The position numbers were made by a program, and so were the translations under genes. The notes beneath the pieces are model-generated. The model worked only from the letters and a program-made list of their open reading frames with translations, did not search any database and was not told the DNA's origin. DNA of 50,156 bases, filler included, from Circinaria calcarea (Eukaryota): assembly GCA_051942165.1 (NCBI GenBank). It is 2 parts of 2 records of this genome, joined end to end, with 100 filler letters (N's around TTAATTAATTAA, not from the genome) between each part and the next. Parts side by side here need not be neighbours in the genome. Positions count along the whole stretch, not along the records: positions 25,175 to 50,156 come from JAVECS010000099.1; 1 more part is not named here. One strand, given 5' to 3'. Below are positions 46,615 through 50,156 of the stretch, piece after piece; position 1 is the first letter of the stretch, and the number at the start of each line of letters is the position of its first letter.

Positions 46615-48390
46615 ATGGGGAAAGGTTCGTACTTCTTCGCCATTTCATTGCACACGCTGACTTGTTCCCTTAGGCACTGATAAACTGTACGTAAGTGCCT
46701 CTATCGCAGCTCCCCGAACCTATTCTGACCACCTTAGATTACCCATTCCGAGTGGGCTTCTGAGGATGCCTACTCTGCCAGCGCCGGCTCTGGTGTCACC
46801 AAGTCCAAAGCGAGTGGTGCTTCCTTCAAGCGACTGCCATTCAACTTCTGCGCCGTTTCCCTTCAACCCTTTACACATCCAGTCTGTACCTCCGACGGAA
46901 CGACCTTCGACCTCACCAATATCCTCCCATGGCTGAAGAAACATGGCACGAATCCCGTCACTGGACTCCCACTCAAATCTAGCGAACTCATCAAGCTCAA
47001 CTTCGCGAAGAATGACGAGGGGGAGATGGTGGATCCCGTTACCTTCAAGGTGTTCACCGACAATACGCATATCGTAGCGTTGAGGAATACCGGCAATGTC
47101 TTTGCATACGATACCGTCGAGAGACTCAATATCAAAGCGAAGATGTGGCGGGACCTAATGAACGACGAGGAATTTAGTAGGAAGGATATTATTACGTTGC
47201 AGGATCCGCAGCACATTGAATCCAGGAATCTGAGCTCATTCAAGTACCTGCAAGATGGCGTCAGCACGTTGACGGAGGAGCAAGAGAGAGAACGAAATGA
47301 TATCACTAGGAACGTCAATATGGACGCGTTGGGCAACGCCGCGAAAGTATTGAAGGCCAAAGAAGCGGTGGCTCGAGCGCGTCAGCAGCGTTCCGACCTA
47401 AACCGCAACCTTGCAAGTTCGAAAGCTATCACTCCAGCAAACAGCATGGATAAGTCCAAAGCCAACCAGCTCGTAAATGCCCTTCCGTACAATGCCGCCC
47501 AACATACCACTGGGAAAGCGGCTGCGTCATTTACGTCTACAGGTCTGACCCCTCATACATCTGGAGAACGAGCTTTGCTCACAGACGAGGAATACATGCT
47601 CAAACCTCGACGAGTTAAGCAAAAAGGGTACGCACGAATTCAGACTACTCTTGGTGATCTCAATATTGAACTCCAACCTGAATTTGCTCCCCGTGCTGTG
47701 TGGAACTTTGTTCATCTGGCGAAGAAGGGCTACTACAACGGTGTTGTCTTCCATCGCAACATCAGGAACTTTATGATACAAGGTGGTGATCCTACCGGTA
47801 CTGGGAAAGGCGGAGCAAGTATTTGGGGCAAGAACTTCCAGGATGAATTTGATGGACCACTCACTCACGACAGCAAAGGGGTGGTTAGCATGGCGAATAA
47901 GGGGAAGAATACGAACAGCAGTCAGTTCTTCATCACGTATCGATCCGCGAAACACCTTGATCGGAAACACACGATATTTGGCAAGGTCGTGGGGGGAATG
48001 GATGTCTTGAACCGACTTGAGAACGTGGAGGTCAGCGAAGACAAAAGGCCATTGGAGGACGTCGTAATGAACGATGTCGTTGTGTTTGTGGACCCGTTCG
48101 AGGAGTTCCAGAAGCAGAAGAGGATGAAGGATGAGGAGGCAATGGTGAAGGAGGAGGTCGTTAGGATGGGAGGGACGGAGGACGATAGGACTACATGGAC
48201 TGGGAAAAGGATTAGGGGCGATGGGAAGGTGGATAATGGTGGTAGGGTCGGCGGAGTTGGAAAGTATCTATCAAACAGTGTAGGTGAGGAAGGAGTAAAC
48301 GAAGTTGTGGAGGAGTGGGAGGATTATGGTGAAGAGCCTTTGAAGAAGAAAACCAAGGCGGAAGGATTTGGGAACTTTAATAACTGGTAA
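46615..48390 (+). CDS. U-box/cyclophilin peptidyl-prolyl isomerase, PPIL2/Cyp60 (Cyp8)-like; two short 5' exons
   Basis: MGK|GTDKLY|ITHSEW, U-box FKRLPFNFCAVSLQPF...GTNPVTG, and cyclophilin domain FHRNIRNFMIQGGDPTGTGKGG / SMANKGKNTNSSQFFITY / HLDRKHTIFG. Confidence 0.93.
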
Positions 48391-48823
48391 TACCTTATGA
48401 GAAAATTTAGGCTTCCTGCTGGGCTCACTGTTATGGCGCGACGCCATACCCTGGCAAATCAAGTGCTAGAACGGAGGAACCAGGAGCCGAAGGCTCTTAG
48501 GTGCTCCTAGGACTTGGTAGGGAGCGGTAGAAACACATCACGTGCTACGCTCCCGGTGACTCCCGGGGATCCCTAACATCCTCCCTATTGGTACTTGTTA
48601 CGTCCCTAGGCTTCTTAGGCAAAGGCAATGCTTAGTCACTGGTATAAGGCAGGGGCTCTGTAGATATGCACGAGGGTTCTATACCAATCACTTAGCAAGT
48701 AAGTAAGTGACGAATAGAAGTATATTGCTACACTTGTAAGGTCTTGACTATATAGGTCAAATGCTACGGAAAGGACTGAGATTATATAGATCTTCTAAGG
48801 TTACACGAACCTTCCCAAAAGGG

Positions 48824-48879
48824 GTGGACGTCGTGGACGCCGTGGACGTCGTGGACATAACGACGTCCAGCACGTCCAG
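48824..48879. repeat. 9-bp tandem repeat (GTGGACGTC, ~4 copies) followed by inverted ACGTCCA units
   Basis: GTGGACGTCGTGGACGCCGTGGACGTCGTGGAC-ATAACG-ACGTCCAGC-ACGTCCAG. Confidence 0.7.
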
Positions 48880-48974
48880 TACCATCAGTACGCTTTGCCC
48901 GCGTACCTTTCAGACCTCTTGGCGCAGCCCTACGGGGTACGCCATTACAGTACTCTGCCCAGAGTACCACCCTA

Positions 48975-50156
48975 TATAAAACTGAAAATAAAATAGAATA
49001 TTATTTTTTTAAAAATAATATAATATTTTATAATTATATAGGCTTGCGGGTTAGGTTTTAATATTATAATATTCGATAAATATAAAAATTTCTTTATTCG
49101 TCCGCATTTTAAAACGGCCGAATTATAATTTTTTTTAACCGAATTTTAAAATTCCGACGATAATAAAATATATTTAATTAAATAATAAATTTATATTTTT
49201 AATATTATAAATATATTAATAATTGAATATAGTACGGTGAGTGCTACTGCACGACTTATTGGTGGAATTATTATTATATTGAAGATTATTTAATTAGCTA
49301 CGTTGGGGGTGCGATATATATACTCGCCCATTACTACGTTATTCCTTATTGGGTGTTGCCTATAGCAACTCGCTAGTAAGGAGGAATGCACCGTATTTTA
49401 ACTAAATAAATTATTCTATTTTCTTTAAAATAATATATTTATAAATCGTATTTAATAAATTTTATATTATTAAATCTAAAGCAATAATTTAATTATATTT
49501 TATATAACCGTATTATTATTAATCGAGATTTAATATATTCCTTATTAAGCCTCAAGAATTGCAGCGCCCTTATAATAATAATATTTTATTTTTTATTCTA
49601 AATAATTAAATTATACTTTTCAAAAACGGATATAGTTTTCTATATTATAATAAACGCCGGCTTAAAAAATTTAGGCTTTTAATAATTTAAAAGAATTATT
49701 TCTCCCTGCCTTCGTATTATATATATTTTTTAAAATCCTTTAATATAAATAATAGATTCGTTAATTTATATAATTTTATATTATTTTTCTAAACCCTAAT
49801 TAGCACGTGTAAACGCCTATTATTAATATCGATCTATAATTTTAGCGTTAAAATATGGTTTTTTCCGGGCTATAAAATAAAAAAATCCAGATATAAATAA
49901 AGTCCGGGTAATTATTCTATTACTATAATTAAGGCTTAATATATATTTTAATTATTTATATATTATCCGGCGTGCCCGAGCGGAAGCTTCGATAAAATTA
50001 ATAAAATATTATTTAACCGGAGTATTAATTAGGCGTCCGGTATTATATTTTTTTTTTCGGTATAACCGGCTATTATAAAATAATATTAATTATAAATTAA
50101 TTAAAGCCTATTTATTTTATAATTTATTATTATATCCATCTAATATTATATAATAT
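48975..50156 (-). mobile_element. AT-rich, RIP-degraded repeat region containing a Tc1/mariner (Tc1-type DDE) transposase relic at ~49400-50156+
   Basis: Abrupt shift to very AT-rich, TpA-rich sequence. The minus strand reads in one frame ...IARKKPYF...AN*GLEK*YKII*INES, with RRQGE, KPKF and IIM/I*KTIS further on. These match Tc1-type ARKKP, WxxVxWxDES, RRxGE and MVWGAIS once G>A and C>T changes are reversed. Confidence 0.8.

Overview
Intron-containing genomic DNA from a filamentous ascomycete (Pezizomycotina; exact taxon not determinable from the sequence alone). It consists of two contigs joined by an artificial 100-nt N/TTAATTAATTAA spacer at 25075-25174. Most of the window is ordinary conserved housekeeping genes: EB1/Bim1, an F-box/WD40 protein, a carbonyl reductase, Pub1, Pif1, Edc3, Ste50 and a U-box cyclophilin. 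It ends in a RIP-degraded Tc1/mariner relic. The standout is a ~15.3 kb block (2108-17380) lying between two convergent genes (DUF6536-like, + strand; EB1, - strand). It is bracketed by two ~140-bp, ~94% identical direct repeats that correspond to the sequence just downstream of the EB1 stop codon. The block carries a compact putative terpenoid biosynthetic cluster: a UbiA-type (Fma-TC-like) membrane terpene cyclase, a cytochrome P450, two paralogous GliN/SirN-like SAM methyltransferases, a methylesterase-like alpha/beta hydrolase and a PTH11-like membrane protein. It also holds a pseudogene, a Mutator-like element with a perfect 9-bp TSD, and two MITEs of one family. Gene models were spliced by eye and family calls come from recalled motifs, not database searches.
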